Program-made: the position numbers and the translations under genes
The notes under the pieces: model-generated
What the model was told of the DNA's origin: nothing
Databases searched by the model: none
What the model saw: only the letters and a program-made list of their open reading frames with translations
Shown: positions 31,290 to 46,096 of the stretch, piece after piece
Position numbering within the stretch: position 1 is the first letter of the stretch
Layout of the letters: every line of letters starts with the position of its first letter
DNA from: an uncultured Actinomycetes bacterium
Lineage (GTDB): Bacteria; Actinomycetota; Thermoleophilia; Gaiellales; Gaiellaceae
DNA length: 64,000 nt
Assembly (NCBI GenBank): GCA_963820845.1
Contig: CAWGBO010000006.1
Coordinates: 137,838-201,837, forward strand
Reading direction: 5' to 3'

Positions 31290-33000
31290 TCAGGAAGTGT
31301 AGGGAGAGACCTCGACCTTGCCCTCGGCCCGCTCGATCCGCTCGACGCGTACCTCGATCGGGTCGCCGAGCCGGTAGCGGCGGCCGCCGCGCCGGCCCGA
31401 CGAGCGCGGTGCCGGTCGCGTTCAGCTCGAAGTAGTCGCCGGGCAGCCGGCGCGCGGGCAGGAACGCCCTCGAACACGTCGCCGAAGCGGACGAAGAGGC
31501 CCGAGCCGATCACGCCGATGATCTCGCCCTCCAACGGCTCCTCCCAGCCGCGCTCGAACAGCGCGCGCCTCGAGCAGCCACGCGAGGCAGATCGTCGTCG
31601 GCGAGGTACTCGATCTGCGCCGCCTCGCGCTCGCGCGCCGAGCAGTGCTCGGCGAGCTCGCCGAGGTCGTCCGGCGGCGGGTCGTCGGCGACGCCGAGCT
31701 CGCGCAGGAGCGCGCGGTGGACGACGAGGTCGGGGTAGCGGCGGATCGGCGAGGTGAAGTGGCAGTACGCGGGGCTCGCGAGCCCGGAGTGGCCGAGGTT
31801 CGCGCGGGTCGTAGCGCGCCTGCTTGAGCGCGCGCAGGACGAGCGACGGGAAACGCCTCGCGGCCGCGGCCCGACTGCGTCGACGTACTCGGTGACGCGC
31901 TCGCGCGATCGCGCCGGCGAGCTCGGCCGCCGTCTGCGGGCGTGAGCGTGCTCGGGCACGGGCGGCGTCGGCACGTCGAGGTCGGCGAGCTTGGCGAGGA
32001 GCAGCGAGACCGACTGCGGGTCGGGCCGCTCGTGCACGCGGTAGAGCGCCTCGCGCCGGCGGCCGGCGAGGAACTCGGCGACGCGCCTCGTTGGCGAGGA
32101 TCATCAGCTCCTCGACGAGCATGTGCGCGTGCGGCTCGCTCTCCGACCAGGCCCGCGCGACGCCGCCGCGGCCGTCGAACTCGAAGCTCGATCTCGGGCG
32201 TCTCGATCCGCAGCGCGCCGCGCGCGAAGCGGCGGCGGCGCAGCTCGGCGCGAGCCGCTCGCGCGAGCTCGAGCTCCTCGGCGATCTCCGGCTCGGCGCG
32301 CTCGCGCCGCAGGATCGCTCCGCCTGGCCGTAGGTGAGCCGCGCGTCGCTGCGGATCACCGAGCGGTAGAAGAGCGGCTCGCCGCTCGGGCGGCGATCTC
32401 GACCGTGACGCGTGAGCCGGTCCTGGTGCGGGCGCAGGCTGCAGCAGGTCGTCGGCGAGCTCGTGCGGCAGCATCGGCGCGACGAGCCCCGGCACGTAGG
32501 TCGAGAAGCGCGCGCTCGGCGGCGCCGCGGTCGAGCGGCGAGCCCGGCCGGCACGAAGCACGAGACGTCGGCGATGTGCACCCAGGCGCGGATCCCGTCG
32601 CCCTCGCGGCGGAACGAGAGCGCGTCGTCGAAGTCCTTCGCCGTCTCGGGGTCGATCGTGAACGTGAGCAGCTCGCGCAGGTCGACGCGGCCGTCGAGCG
32701 CTCGGCTCGGGCGGCGTCGTACGGCTCGAACGGCGCCGCGGGCGCCCTGCTCGACGAGCAGCGCCTCGAGCACGTTCTCGATCCGGTCGGCGCTGGCCGA
32801 GCACGCGCTCGACCCGCGCGCGCCCGCGGCCCGTCCGGACGACGGCGAGGTCGCCGCGCTCGGCCTCGCCGAGCCCTTGTCGGTCGAGCACGATCGGCGA
32901 CCCCGGGCGTGAAGTACGGCTCGCCGACGACGAGCTTGCCGCGGCGGCGCGATCTCGACGACGAGGCGCGGTCTGTCGTCGGCGCACGGCCATCGGTCAC
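31290..33000 (-). pseudogene. rnr: RNase II/R-family 3'-5' exoribonuclease (RNase R), many frameshifts
   Basis: Fragments: LLTFTIDPETAKDFDDALSF; RNB-type PIRRYPDLVVHRAL; C-terminal S1 domain EGEIIGVIGSGLFVRFGDVFEG...VRVERIERAEGKVEV. The stop is at 31290-31292, just upstream of smpB. Confidence 0.7.
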
Positions 33001-33004
33001 GAGG

Positions 33005-33951
33005 CTACGGGTTTCGCCGCAGGTAACCGGCGGCAGGGCTGCAGGCCCGGAGCCAGACCCGCAGGAAGCGGCGGAGCGTGAGCCCGGAGCCGACGGCGCC
33101 GAGGCCGAGCCGATCCCGAGCAGGATCAGCGCGGTCAGCGGGAACGGCGAGCGCGTGCACGTCGGAGCCGGTCGAGAGCGCGTTGTGCGAGGATCGCCGG
33201 CAGCGACGATCTCCTTGCCGATGCACGAGCAGGATCACCGCGCGCGAGCGCGCCGGCGACGCCGCAGAGCAGCCCCTCGATCATGAACGGGCCGCGCACG
33301 AACCAGTTCGTCGCGCCGACGAGCTTCATCACCTCGATCTCACGCCGCCGCGAGAAGATCGAGAGCCGGATCGTGTTCGCGATCAGGAGCGTCGAGGCCG
33401 ACGAGCAGCACGAGCACCGCGATCAGGAAGATCGCCTCGATCACACTGCGCGACGCTGGAGGATCCGGTTCGCGGTCTTGCTGCCGTACTTGACCTTGTC
33501 GACGCCCGGCGGCCGCGGGTTCAGGCTGTTCGCGATCGCCGTCGGTCGTGCTCGCCGTTCTTCGGCGTGACGCTCGAGCGAGTCCGGGAGCGGGTTGACG
33601 GCAGGTTCTGCGGTCAGCGTCCGGGTAGCTGCTTCTGCATCTGCTTGAGCGCCTGCGCCTTGCGAGACGAACGTCGACCGTTCTTCGACGCAGCGGGTTC
33701 GGCTCGAGACGAGCTCGCGCGACGGCGTTCTCCTGCGTGTCGTGCGTCGCACCGTCGGTCGTTGAAGTAGACCTTGACGACGAGCTCCTGCTTCACGTGG
33801 TCCGACCACGAGACGACCCACGTGCCGAGCGCGATGAAGAGGCCGAGCAGGAACATGCCGATCAGCACGGTCATCGTCGCCGCGACCGTCGTCGAGAGGT
33901 TGGCGCCGAGCGAGCGCGAGCGCCTCGGCGACGAGCGAGCCGCAGCCTCAT
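33005..33951 (-). pseudogene. ftsX: cell-division ABC permease FtsX, several frameshifts (3' end approximate)
   Basis: ATG 33951 overlaps the ftsE stop (ATGA). Fragments: [32 protein letters not shown]; MKLVGATNWFVRGPFMIEGLLCGVAGALA; GSGLTLRRFLRV. Confidence 0.7.
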
Positions 33952-34638
33952 TCGCGCCGTGTAGCCCCCGCGGCGCTCGTCGCGGGCGAGGCGGCCGTCC
34001 TCGAGCGCGATCACGCGCTTGCGCATCTTGTCGACCATCTCGCGGTCGTGGGTGACCATCAGGATCGTCGTGCCCGGCGCGGTTGATCCGGTAGAGGAGC
34101 TGCATGATCCCGACCGACGTGTCCGGGTCGAGGTTCCCGGTCGGCTCGTCGCAGACGAGCAGCGGCGGGTGGTTGACGAACGCGCGCGCGATCGAGACGC
34201 GCTGCTGCTCGCCGCCGGAGAGCTCGTCCGGGAGCGAGTTCATCTTGTGCGAGAGGCCGACGAGCGCGAGCACCTCGGGCACCTTCTTGCGGATCGCGTC
34301 GCGGCGCTCGCCCTGCACCTTGAGCGCGTAGGCGACGTTCTCGGCCGCGGTGCGGTTCGGGCAGCAGCTTGAAGTCCTGGAAGACGCAGCCGATGTTGCG
34401 GCGGAGCATCGGCACCTTCGAGCGCTTGAGCCGCGTCGAGGTCGCGGCCGCCGACGATGATCCGGCCGTCGGTCGGCTCGAGCTCCTTCAGCAGCAGGCG
34501 GATCGAGCGTCGACTTGCCCGAGCCGGAGGCGCCGACGACGAACACGAACTCGCCCTTGTCGATCACGAACGAGACGTCGCTGGAGCGCGATCGACGTCC
34601 GGCTCGTAGACCTTCGTCACGCCGTCGAACACGATCAT
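33948..34638 (-). pseudogene. ftsE: cell-division ABC ATPase FtsE, several frameshifts
   Basis: [13 protein letters not shown]; Walker [11 protein letters not shown]; [21 protein letters not shown]; [33 protein letters not shown]. Confidence 0.75.
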
Positions 34639-34824
34639 CGCGCCCGCGCCCGCGACGGGCGGCGGCGCGACGGTCGTGGTCGGGCGGCTCGGCTAGGGCC
34701 GCAGTGCGGTCTCGCTGTAGGTCTGAGGTCTCGTCATCCGGTGCGACACGAGTGGGCGACTCAGTCACAGCGGGCGCGCCGGTTCGTGGCGAAGGCGGCA
34801 GTGTAGCCGACATCGTCGGACGGG

Positions 34825-35953
34825 CTACACGAGCTGTCCCGGCCGCCTTCGCGAGCAGGTAGGCGTGGATGAACTCGTCGAGGTCGCCGTCGAGGACGCC
34901 CTGCGCGTTCCCGGCCTCGTGGTCGGTGCGGTGGTCCTTGACGAGCTGGTACGGGATGGAGCACATAGCTGCGGATTTGGCTTCCGAAGCCGATGTCCTG
35001 CGCGGCGCCGCGCTCCTGCGCCAGCTCGGCCTCGCGCTCCTCCTCGGCCAGCTCGACGAGGCGCGAGCTGGAGGATGCGCATCGCCGTCTGCTTGTTCGA
35101 CGACTGCGAGCGCTCGTTCTGGCACTGGACGACGATCCCGGTCGGGAGGTGCGTGATCCGGACGGCGCGAGTCGGTCTTGTTCACGTGCTGGCCGCCGGC
35201 GCCCTGCGCGCGGTAGGTGTCGATCCGCAGGTCGCCCTCGTCGATCTCGACGTCGGCGTCGTCGGGGAGGAGCGGCGCGACGATCACCTGCGGCGAACGA
35301 CGTGTGGCGGCGGTGCGCCGAGTCGAACGGCGAGAGGCGGACGAGCCGGTGGACGCCGCGCTCGGCCTTGAGCGATCGCCGTAGGCGTTCTCGCCCTCGA
35401 CCGTGAACGTGGCCGACTTGAGGCCGGCCTCCTCCCCCGGGCTCGCCTCGAGCAGCTCGGTCTGGAAGCCGCGCGTCGGCGGCCCAGCGCAGGTACATCC
35501 GCAGCAGCATCTCCGTCCAGTCCTGCGCGTCGGTGCCGCCGGTGCCCGGCGTGGATCGTGACGACGGCGTCGCCGCGCGTCGTACTCGCCGTTGAAGAGC
35601 GCGTCCTCCTCGAGCCGGTCGAGCTCGCGCGCGGAGCGGCCGCGATCGACGTCGGCGATCTCGGCCGTCCATCGTCGGGGTCCAGCTCGAGAGCTCGCCG
35701 GCGTCCTCGTACTCGCGCGCGCAGGCGCTCGTAGCGCTCGAGCCGGCGCGGCAGGCGCGCGTGCTCGGTCGAGACCGCGGCTGCGTGCTGCTGGTCGTCC
35801 CAGAAGCCGGGCGCGCCCATCTCGCTCCTCGAGCTCGGCGATGCGCGGTCGCTCAGGCGATCGGGGTCAAAGGTAATCACGGACCCAGGCGAGCTGGGCC
35901 CTGATCTCCTCGAGCTGCTGCGTCGAGGGCTGAGCTGTCTGCGGCTCGGCCAT
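34825..35953 (-). pseudogene. prfB: peptide chain release factor 2, with the natural +1 recoding site plus additional frame breaks (3' end approximate)
   Basis: The 0-frame reads MAEPQTAQPSTQQLEEIRAQLAWVRDYL-TGA. The +1 frame continues DPDRLS...GAPGFWDD. Later fragments are [45 protein letters not shown] and [16 protein letters not shown]. Confidence 0.8.
35866..35872 (-). promoter_or_regulatory. prfB programmed +1 ribosomal frameshift site CUU UGA C
   Basis: The minus strand reads ...GAT TAC CTT TGA C..., the canonical RF2 autoregulatory heptamer at codon 29. Confidence 0.8.
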
Positions 35954-36304
35954 GTCTCGATGCTAGCCGGAGCCCTGCGCTATGAGCATTAGCTCCGGTT
36001 GCGGCGTCGCTCGGATGCCGACTCCATCGCGCGGCGTCGGCAGCGACCGAGCACGGGAGTCGACCGGCAGTCGCGAGGACGGACTCGACGTCGCTCTCGC
36101 CGCCGATCTGGCACGTGGAAAGCTGGCGCGACGCTGCAGGCGGCGGGACCGGTTCACAGCCGGCGCGCTTCGGCGCGGACGCCGCGCGTGCAGCCGACCG
36201 CGCGGGCGAGCCTGGGTCCGCGGCTGGATGGCACGCTAGTCGCCGCGTGAGCGCATCGTCGGTCACGCGACAAGAACGAGCTTGTGCAGAGCATGGCGGA
36301 TCGG

Positions 36305-38984
<2,680 letters not shown>

Positions 38985-38994
38985 GCTGTCTAGG

Positions 38995-39480
38995 TTAGCT
39001 ACAGCGCCTCGACGTCGACCCGCCAGGACGTTCCGGTCGAGCCGGCTCGCGCGGACGACGAACTCCGCGTAGCGGCCGCCGAGCGCGTCGAGCTCGGGGA
39101 TCTCGTCGAACGAGCGCATCCCGTCGACCGTCAACGTGCGCTCGCCGCCGCGACACCGCGAGCTCGATCTCGTCGCCGGCCACGTCCGCCCGGGAGCTCG
39201 ACCACCTCGATCGAGTTCGCGCCGACCGAGAACAGCGCGCCCTCCTTCCGCACGGCCTGGGCGCTGAAGGGCGGCTCGAGTCGGGACGGCGCGGACGAGC
39301 GGCTCCGCCGCCGGGATCGCCGAGGAGCGTGCCGTCCGCGAGCACGGTCAGCTCCACCTCGTCGTCGGCGAGGGCGGGCGCGTCGGCCAGGACGACGGCC
39401 TCCCACTCGCTGGGCCGCTGCAGGCCGGTGATCCCTACCGGCAGCCGGTAGCGGCCGGCACCCGGAAAGGTCTCGCTCAC
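38995..39480 (-). pseudogene. hypothetical protein downstream of hpf, frame-disrupted
   Basis: GTG 39480 overlaps the hpf stop (GTGA). Fragments are VSETFPGAGRYRLPVGITGLQRPSEWEAVVLADAPALADDEVELTVLADGTLLGDP and ALFSVGANSIEVVELPGG. No family recognised. Confidence 0.35.
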
Positions 39481-40013
39481 GCGCCGGGCTCGATCACGCC
39501 GTAGTCGCCGTCGCGGCGCCGGTAGACGACGTTCGTCTCGCCGGACTCCGCGTTCTCGAACACGAAGAAGTCGTGGCCGACGAGCTCGAGCTGGAGGCTC
39601 GCCTCCTCGGCCGACATCGGCTTCACCGCGAACCGCTTCGTCTTCACGAGCCTCGGCTCGCGCATGCCCGCTTCGACCGGCGCCGCGTCGGCGCGCTTGT
39701 GGCCGCGCGGGTGGTGGTTCTGGCGCTTCTCGCGGTAGCGGACGACCTGCCGCTCGAGCTTGTCGACGAGCTGGTCGATCGACGCCTCCCACCCGGTCGC
39801 CGCCTCGCGCGCGCGGAGGGTCGGGCCCTTCGTCCAGATCGTCGCCTCGGCGACGTGGTTGTCCGCGATCGCCGGATTTCGCTCCATCGCCAGCTCGAGC
39901 TCGACCTGCGTGGGATCGGCGAGCTGCTTCTCGAGCTTGCTCAGCCTCTTCTCGGCGTACTCCCGAACGGACTCGCTGACCTCGACGTTCTTCCCTTTCA
40001 CCTGAAGTCGCAT
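39477..40013 (-). CDS. hpf: ribosome hibernation promoting factor (long HPF/RaiA)
   Basis: Intact 178 aa: MRLQVKGKNVEVSESVREYAEKRLSKLEK..., with C-terminal dimerisation domain KTKRFAVKPMSAEEASLQLELVGHDFFVFENAESGETNVVYRRRDGDYGVIE. Confidence 0.9.
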   Translation of the reverse strand: MRLQVKGKNVEVSESVREYAEKRLSKLEKQLADPTQVELELAMERNPAIADNHVAEATIWTKGPTLRAREAATGWEASIDQLVDKLERQVVRYREKRQNHHPRGHKRADAAPVEAGMREPRLVKTKRFAVKPMSAEEASLQLELVGHDFFVFENAESGETNVVYRRRDGDYGVIEPGA

Positions 40014-40032
40014 GGAAGCCCCCTAAGGTTCG

Positions 40033-40703
40033 CTACCTCTGAGGGTAACGAATCGCCCGCGCGAAGGTGACGACCTCGACCCGGCGCGCACCGGCGCGGC
40101 GCAGGGCGCTCGCCGCGGCCGCAGCGGTCGAGCCGCTCGTGTAGACGTCGTCGACGAGCGCGACCGCGGCCGGGACCGACGCGCGGGCCGCGAACGCGCC
40201 GGCGACGTTCCGCCGCCGCTCCGCGAGCCCGAGCCCGCGCTGGCGCGCGAGCGGGCCGGGCGCGCGCGAGCGCAGCGAGCACCGGCAGCTCCCAGCGCTC
40301 GCCGAGCTCGCGCGCGAGCTGCGCGGGCGGATCGTGTCCCCGCCGGCTGCTGCGGTCGCGGTCGGGCGGGACGAACACGAGCGCCGCAGCGGCCGGGCGG
40401 GCCACCGTCTCGGCGACGAGATCCGCCGCGATCTCCGCGAGCCGCCGCAGGCCGCGCTCCTTCCAGCTCGTGGCGAGCTTCCGGGCCGCGCCCTCGTAGG
40501 CGACTGCCGCGCGCGCCGAGCGCGAACGCGAGCCGGCGCCCCGCGCACTCGCGGCAGCGCGCGACCGGCCAGGCGGTCGGCGCGCCGCAGCGCTCGCAGA
40601 GCGGGTCGCGCAGGCGCGGAAGCGTCGTGCGACACCAGTCGCAGAGGTGCGAGCCGGGCCGGGAGCAGCCAAGGCAGCGCTGCGGGAGCAGGAGGTCGAG
40701 CAC
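40033..40703 (-). pseudogene. ComF-family phosphoribosyltransferase-domain protein, frameshifted
   Basis: N-terminal zinc-ribbon-like LLPQRCLGCSRPGSHLCDWC...CERCGAP...CRECAG. C-terminal PRT motif VALVDDVYTSGSTAAAAASALRRAGARRVEVVTFAR lies in another frame. Confidence 0.7.
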
Positions 40704-40741
40704 GGATCGAGCCTAGGCGCGCAAGGCGCACGGCTCTGTGC

Positions 40742-41531
40742 CTACTTCGGGTCGAGTTCGTACCGGGCGACCTCGGGCAGGCCCTGGCGGCGGCGCAGGA
40801 GGTTGTCGGCCGTGAGCAGCTGGTCGTGGTTGCCGATGTCGAGCCAGGAGCCGTCGAACTTGAAGCCGTACACCGGCTCCCGCCGGTGCAGCCACGCGAG
40901 GAAGTTGCCCGGCGCGTCGGGCGTTCCGCCCTCGCTCGAGGTAGCGCCCGACGAGCGCCACGTGATCGCGGTGGTAGACGTAGTTCGCGGTCGCGACGAG
41001 CGTGCTCGCGGGATCGGACGGCTTCTCGACGAACGAGCGCACCCGGGCGTCGGGCTCGACCGAGACGACGCGCGTAGTGGGTCGCGAGCTCGAGGTCGCC
41101 GCAGTCGTAGAGAGCGACCGCGCTGCCGGGCTCGCTCGCGTGCCACAGCGAGACGAGGTCGGCGAGCGAGAAGTCGAACAGGTTGTCGCCGGCGACCACG
41201 AGCAGGTCGTCGTACCCGAGCCCGGCGCGCTCGACCGTGAGCTGGATGTCGCCGATCGCGCCGAGCCGGTCCTCGTTCGAGGTCGTGCCGTCGTCGTGCA
41301 CGACGATCGGCAGGTTCCGCTCGGCGCCCGCCGCCCAGCGGTCGAAGTCGTGCGAGTAGCGGCTGTTCGTGACGAGGTGGACCGCGTCGATGCAGTCGAC
41401 CTCCTCGAGCTTGTCGAGGATCCAGTCGACCATCGGCCTGCCGCCGACCGGGAGCAGCGACTTCGCGACGTCGTCGGTGAGCGGGACGCAGGCGGGTCGC
41501 GTAGCCCGCAGCGAGAACGAGTGCGCTTCAC
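40742..41531 (-). pseudogene. sugar-phosphate nucleotidyltransferase, frameshifted
   Basis: GTG 41531 overlaps the mtnA stop. Fragments: AAGYATRLRP(L)TDDVAKSLLPVGGRPMVDWILDKL...; LLVVAGDNLFDF; GSWLDIGNHDQLL. One shift is an extra C in CGTCCCGCTCACC. Confidence 0.65.
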
Positions 41532-42474
41532 GGAAGCGACTCTACGTACGGCGGCCGGTGCACGCCGACCTCGGTCACGATCGCGGTGATCAGCGCCGCA
41601 GGCGTGACGTCGAAGGCCGGATTCCGGGCCGGGAACCGCTCGGTCACCTCGGCGCCGTCGCGCTCCTCGATCGGGATCTCCTCGCCGGTCGCGATCGCCG
41701 GGTCGAGCGTCGAGGTCGGCGCCACGACGTAGAGCGGGATCCCGTGGTAGGCCGCGAGCACGGCGAGCCCGTAGGTGCCGATCTTGTTCGCGGTGTCGCC
41801 GTTCGCGCGCGATCCGGTCGGCGCCGGTGACGACGAGATCGACCTCGCCGCCGGCCATCATCGAGCCGGCGGCCGAGTCGGCGATCACGGCGTGCGGGAT
41901 TCCCGCGCGTCTCGAGCTCCCAGGCGGTGAGCCGGGCGCCCTGGAGCAGCGGGCGCGTCTCGTCGACGAGCACGCGTTCGAGCAGGCCGTGCGCGTACGC
42001 GGAGCGGAGCGCGCCGACCGCGGTGCCGTAGCCGCCGGTCGCGAGCCCGCCCGCGTTGCAGTGCGTGAGCGCTCGCGTGCCCGGCGCGAAGAGCGCCGCG
42101 GCGTGCTCGCCCATCGCGCAGGCAGCGCTCGACCTCGTCGGCGTGGATCTGCCGCGCGCGCTCGGAGCTCGGGTCGGCCGCATCTGCTCGAGCGCCCAGA
42201 CGAGGTTGACCGCGGTCGGCCGCGACTCGCGCGAGCACCGCGGTAGGCCTCGTCGAGGTCCTCCCCGCGCGCCGCCGCGAGCGCGTACCCGTACGCGGCC
42301 GCGACTCCGATCGCGGGCGCGCCGCGGATCGCGAGGGTGCGGATCGCCTCCGCCACCTCGGCCGACGCTCGTGCACTCGAGCTCGATCTCCTCGCCCGGA
42401 AGCCGCCGCTGGTCGAGGAGGACAACCGCGTCGTCGGTGAGTCGCAGGATCTGGTCCGGGTCGAGCACGGCCAC
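41528..42474 (-). pseudogene. mtnA: S-methyl-5-thioribose-1-phosphate isomerase (eIF-2B alpha/beta/delta family), frameshifted
   Basis: Fragments: LLDQRRLPGEEIELEC; AIRTLAIRGAPAIGVAAAYG; RPTAVNLVWAL; THCNAGGLATGGYGTA; VDETRPLLQGARLTAWEL; [24 protein letters not shown]. Confidence 0.75.
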
Positions 42475-42536
42475 CGAGGCGCACCCTAGCGGAGGGCCCC
42501 CGCCGCGGACGGCGAGGACCCTCCCGAGGGAAGCCC

Positions 42537-44000
42537 CTAGTGTGTGACCGGGGCGTGCGGCGGGTTGGGGAGCCAGCCGTGGTGCTTGTGCGTCACGGGC
42601 GGCCCGCCGAACACCGGCGGATGGAAGGTGCGAGAGCGGCCCGCGAGCGAGTTCACGAGCTGCGCGCCGTCGAACGTCCCGAGGCCGCTCGCCAGGTCGT
42701 AGCCCGGCCCGGCATCGAAGCCCGGCACGTCGTAGGTGTTGCCGTCCGAGTTCGTGAACGACCCGATGTCGTTGTTCCCGGACGTCACGTCGACGAGCCC
42801 GCCGTGCTTGTAGTCGAGGTTGTAGAGCGCCTCGTTGAGGTCGTCGATCCGTCCGCCCTTCAGCTGATCGGCGAGCGCGACGATGCCGGCGAACTCCGGC
42901 GAGGCCTCACTCGTTCCGCCGAAGATGTGGTAGCCGGGCGGCGCGCCCGGGATCGTGTAGTACACGACGACGCCGCCGTCGACGGCCGCACTCATGCTGA
43001 TGTCGGGATCGCCACGGTGGAAGCCGACGGTGCGCCCGAGCCCATTCTGGAAGTCGGGCCGCAGGAACACCTTCGACACGCCGCCGCCCCCCGCGCCGTA
43101 GCCGTCGTTCCAGACGACGTCGGGCTGGAGGCGGTTGCCGGCCTCGTCGAGGGTCAGCTGCGTCCCGCCCATCGAGGTCACGAGCGGGTCGCTCGAGGGC
43201 CAGCTGTCGACCTGGAACGGATAGAGATCCTCGAGGTTGAGCTGGTAGTCGGTGGAACCCGTGTCGCCGCTCGAGGCGAGCAATGCGACGTGGCGGAGAT
43301 GCGCGTTGACGAACGCGCTCCGGAGCCCGTAGATCGACGCTGCGCTCGGGAACGTCTCCTCGGTCGCGCCGAAGCTCATCGAGATCACGTCGCCGATGCC
43401 GTGGTTCAAGGCCCAGTTCTCGGCCTTCACGATCTCGGGGAAGCCCTGCACGCCCTCGGTCTCGCTGACCGGCGTCTCGAGCAGGACGATGTTCGCGCCG
43501 GGCGCCATCACGTGCGACCACTCGACATCGAGCGTCGTCTCCTGTGCCCAGCCGATCATGTCCCCGTTGGTCGGGTCCCACGGCGGCACTGCGCCGGCCG
43601 GCTGGTAGATGTGGAAGCTCGGCGGATCAGGCAAGCCGAACGTCTGGTCGAACGTCTGGAGGTCCGACTGGATCGTCGGCGAGCCGAACGCGTCGACGAT
43701 CACGATCGTCTGCCCGCGGCCGGTGATCCCGCTCGCGAACAGCGGGGCGAGGTCGTAGGCGCTCTGCAGCTGCGCCGGCTGGTAGCAGCGGATGCCGATG
43801 TACATCAGGCAGTAGTTCGTGTCGGGCGGGAAGCTCAGCCCGACGTCGCCGGGTGCCTCCCGCAGGAACGGCGTCGGGCGGACTGTCTGGTGCTGGCGGG
43901 CACCGGACAGCGCTGCGGCGGTCGCAACGAGGACCGCCGCCAGCGCAAGTCCGACCATCGCCAGGGTGAGTGCCCGCGTGGGCAGGATTCTCGAGGTCAT
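42537..44000 (-). CDS. secreted S53 (sedolisin/kumamolisin-like) serine peptidase
   Basis: Intact 487 aa with a signal/TM segment at the N-terminus. It carries GRGQTIVIVDAFGSPTIQSDLQTFDQTFGLP and the catalytic-Ser motif GGTSEASPEFAGIVALADQ. Confidence 0.75.
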   Translation of the reverse strand: MTSRILPTRALTLAMVGLALAAVLVATAAALSGARQHQTVRPTPFLREAPGDVGLSFPPDTNYCLMYIGIRCYQPAQLQSAYDLAPLFASGITGRGQTIVIVDAFGSPTIQSDLQTFDQTFGLPDPPSFHIYQPAGAVPPWDPTNGDMIGWAQETTLDVEWSHVMAPGANIVLLETPVSETEGVQGFPEIVKAENWALNHGIGDVISMSFGATEETFPSAASIYGLRSAFVNAHLRHVALLASSGDTGSTDYQLNLEDLYPFQVDSWPSSDPLVTSMGGTQLTLDEAGNRLQPDVVWNDGYGAGGGGVSKVFLRPDFQNGLGRTVGFHRGDPDISMSAAVDGGVVVYYTIPGAPPGYHIFGGTSEASPEFAGIVALADQLKGGRIDDLNEALYNLDYKHGGLVDVTSGNNDIGSFTNSDGNTYDVPGFDAGPGYDLASGLGTFDGAQLVNSLAGRSRTFHPPVFGGPPVTHKHHGWLPNPPHAPVTH

Positions 44001-44075
44001 TCCCCTCCCCCTTCTCGGTTTACCGGTGCGCCGAAGCGCGGCGGCGCGAGTCTACGCCGCTCCAGCGGGGATTGC

Positions 44076-45350
<1,275 letters not shown>

Positions 45351-45704
45351 CTAAGCCTTCTTCCGTGTCGGTGTGATCAGGCGGCCAGCAGCCGCTCGTG
45401 CTTGCGCTGCTCCCACTCCACCCAGGCCGTGTCGTCGGCCCCGCCGAGCCAGGCGTCGACCGCCTGCGCGAAGCTCCGGCTCGCGCCGCAGCCGCGCGGC
45501 GAAGACGAGGTCGGCGAGCTCGAGCCCGAAGCGGGCGCGCAGCTCCAGCAGCGAGCGGAGCTGGTTCAACTCGCGGAGCCGGTAGAGGCGGTAGCCGGAG
45601 CCCGACCGCGACGGGACGACGAGCCCCGTGCGCTCGAGGTAGCGAAGCATCCGCGCCGACCAGCCTGTCCGCGCCGCCGCTTCTCCGACCGTGAGCCCGT
45701 CCAT
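45351..45704 (-). CDS. MerR-family transcriptional regulator (C-terminal tail probably frameshifted)
   Basis: MDGLTVGEAAARTGWSARMLRYLERTGLVVPSRSGSGYRLYRLRELNQLRSL. An alternative frame gives a more plausible end ...EWEQRKHERLLAA* at 45377. Confidence 0.7.
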   Translation of the reverse strand: MDGLTVGEAAARTGWSARMLRYLERTGLVVPSRSGSGYRLYRLRELNQLRSLLELRARFGLELADLVFAARLRREPELRAGGRRLARRGRRHGLGGVGAAQARAAAGRLITPTRKKA

Positions 45705-45713
45705 CCCGCAACC

Positions 45714-46096
45714 TTAGCACAGGTGTGTCAAGGCTCGGCCGTAGCGGTCTTCGAGCCGGACGACGTCGTCGAGATCGGGCGTCGAGACCTCGAGCAGGAG
45801 CGAGTCCTCGAGCGCGCGCATCCGGTGGACGGTGCCGGGGCGCAGCCGGAACGCGGCGCCCGGGCCGACCACCTCGGTCGCGAGCTCGTCCTCCCCGGGC
45901 CCGATCTGGAACTCGACGCGGCCCCGCTGCACGTAGATCGTCTCGTCCTTGCGCTCGTGGACTGCAGCGAGAGCGCCTCGCCCTCGCGCACGAAGAGCTC
46001 CTTCCCCGCGTAGCGCTCCGAGTCTGCCCAGATCAGCTCGTAGCCCCACGGCTTCTCGACCCGGCGGGGCTCGAACGCGAACTCACCGAGGCTCAC
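45714..46096 (-). pseudogene. cupin-domain protein (phosphomannose-isomerase type II C-terminal-like), one frameshift
   Basis: VSLGEFAFEPRRVEKPWGYELIWADSERYAGKELFVREGEALSLQ joins HERKDETIYVQRGRVEFQIG...PGTVHRMRALEDSLLLEVSTP in another frame. Confidence 0.65.

Noticed and set aside
35954-36304. ORF 35877-36320 (147 aa) and other ORFs in the 350-bp prfB-secA spacer
   Set aside because: The translations are Ala/Arg-rich with no motifs and overlap the prfB leader. I treat the spacer as non-coding (the prfB promoter/leader).
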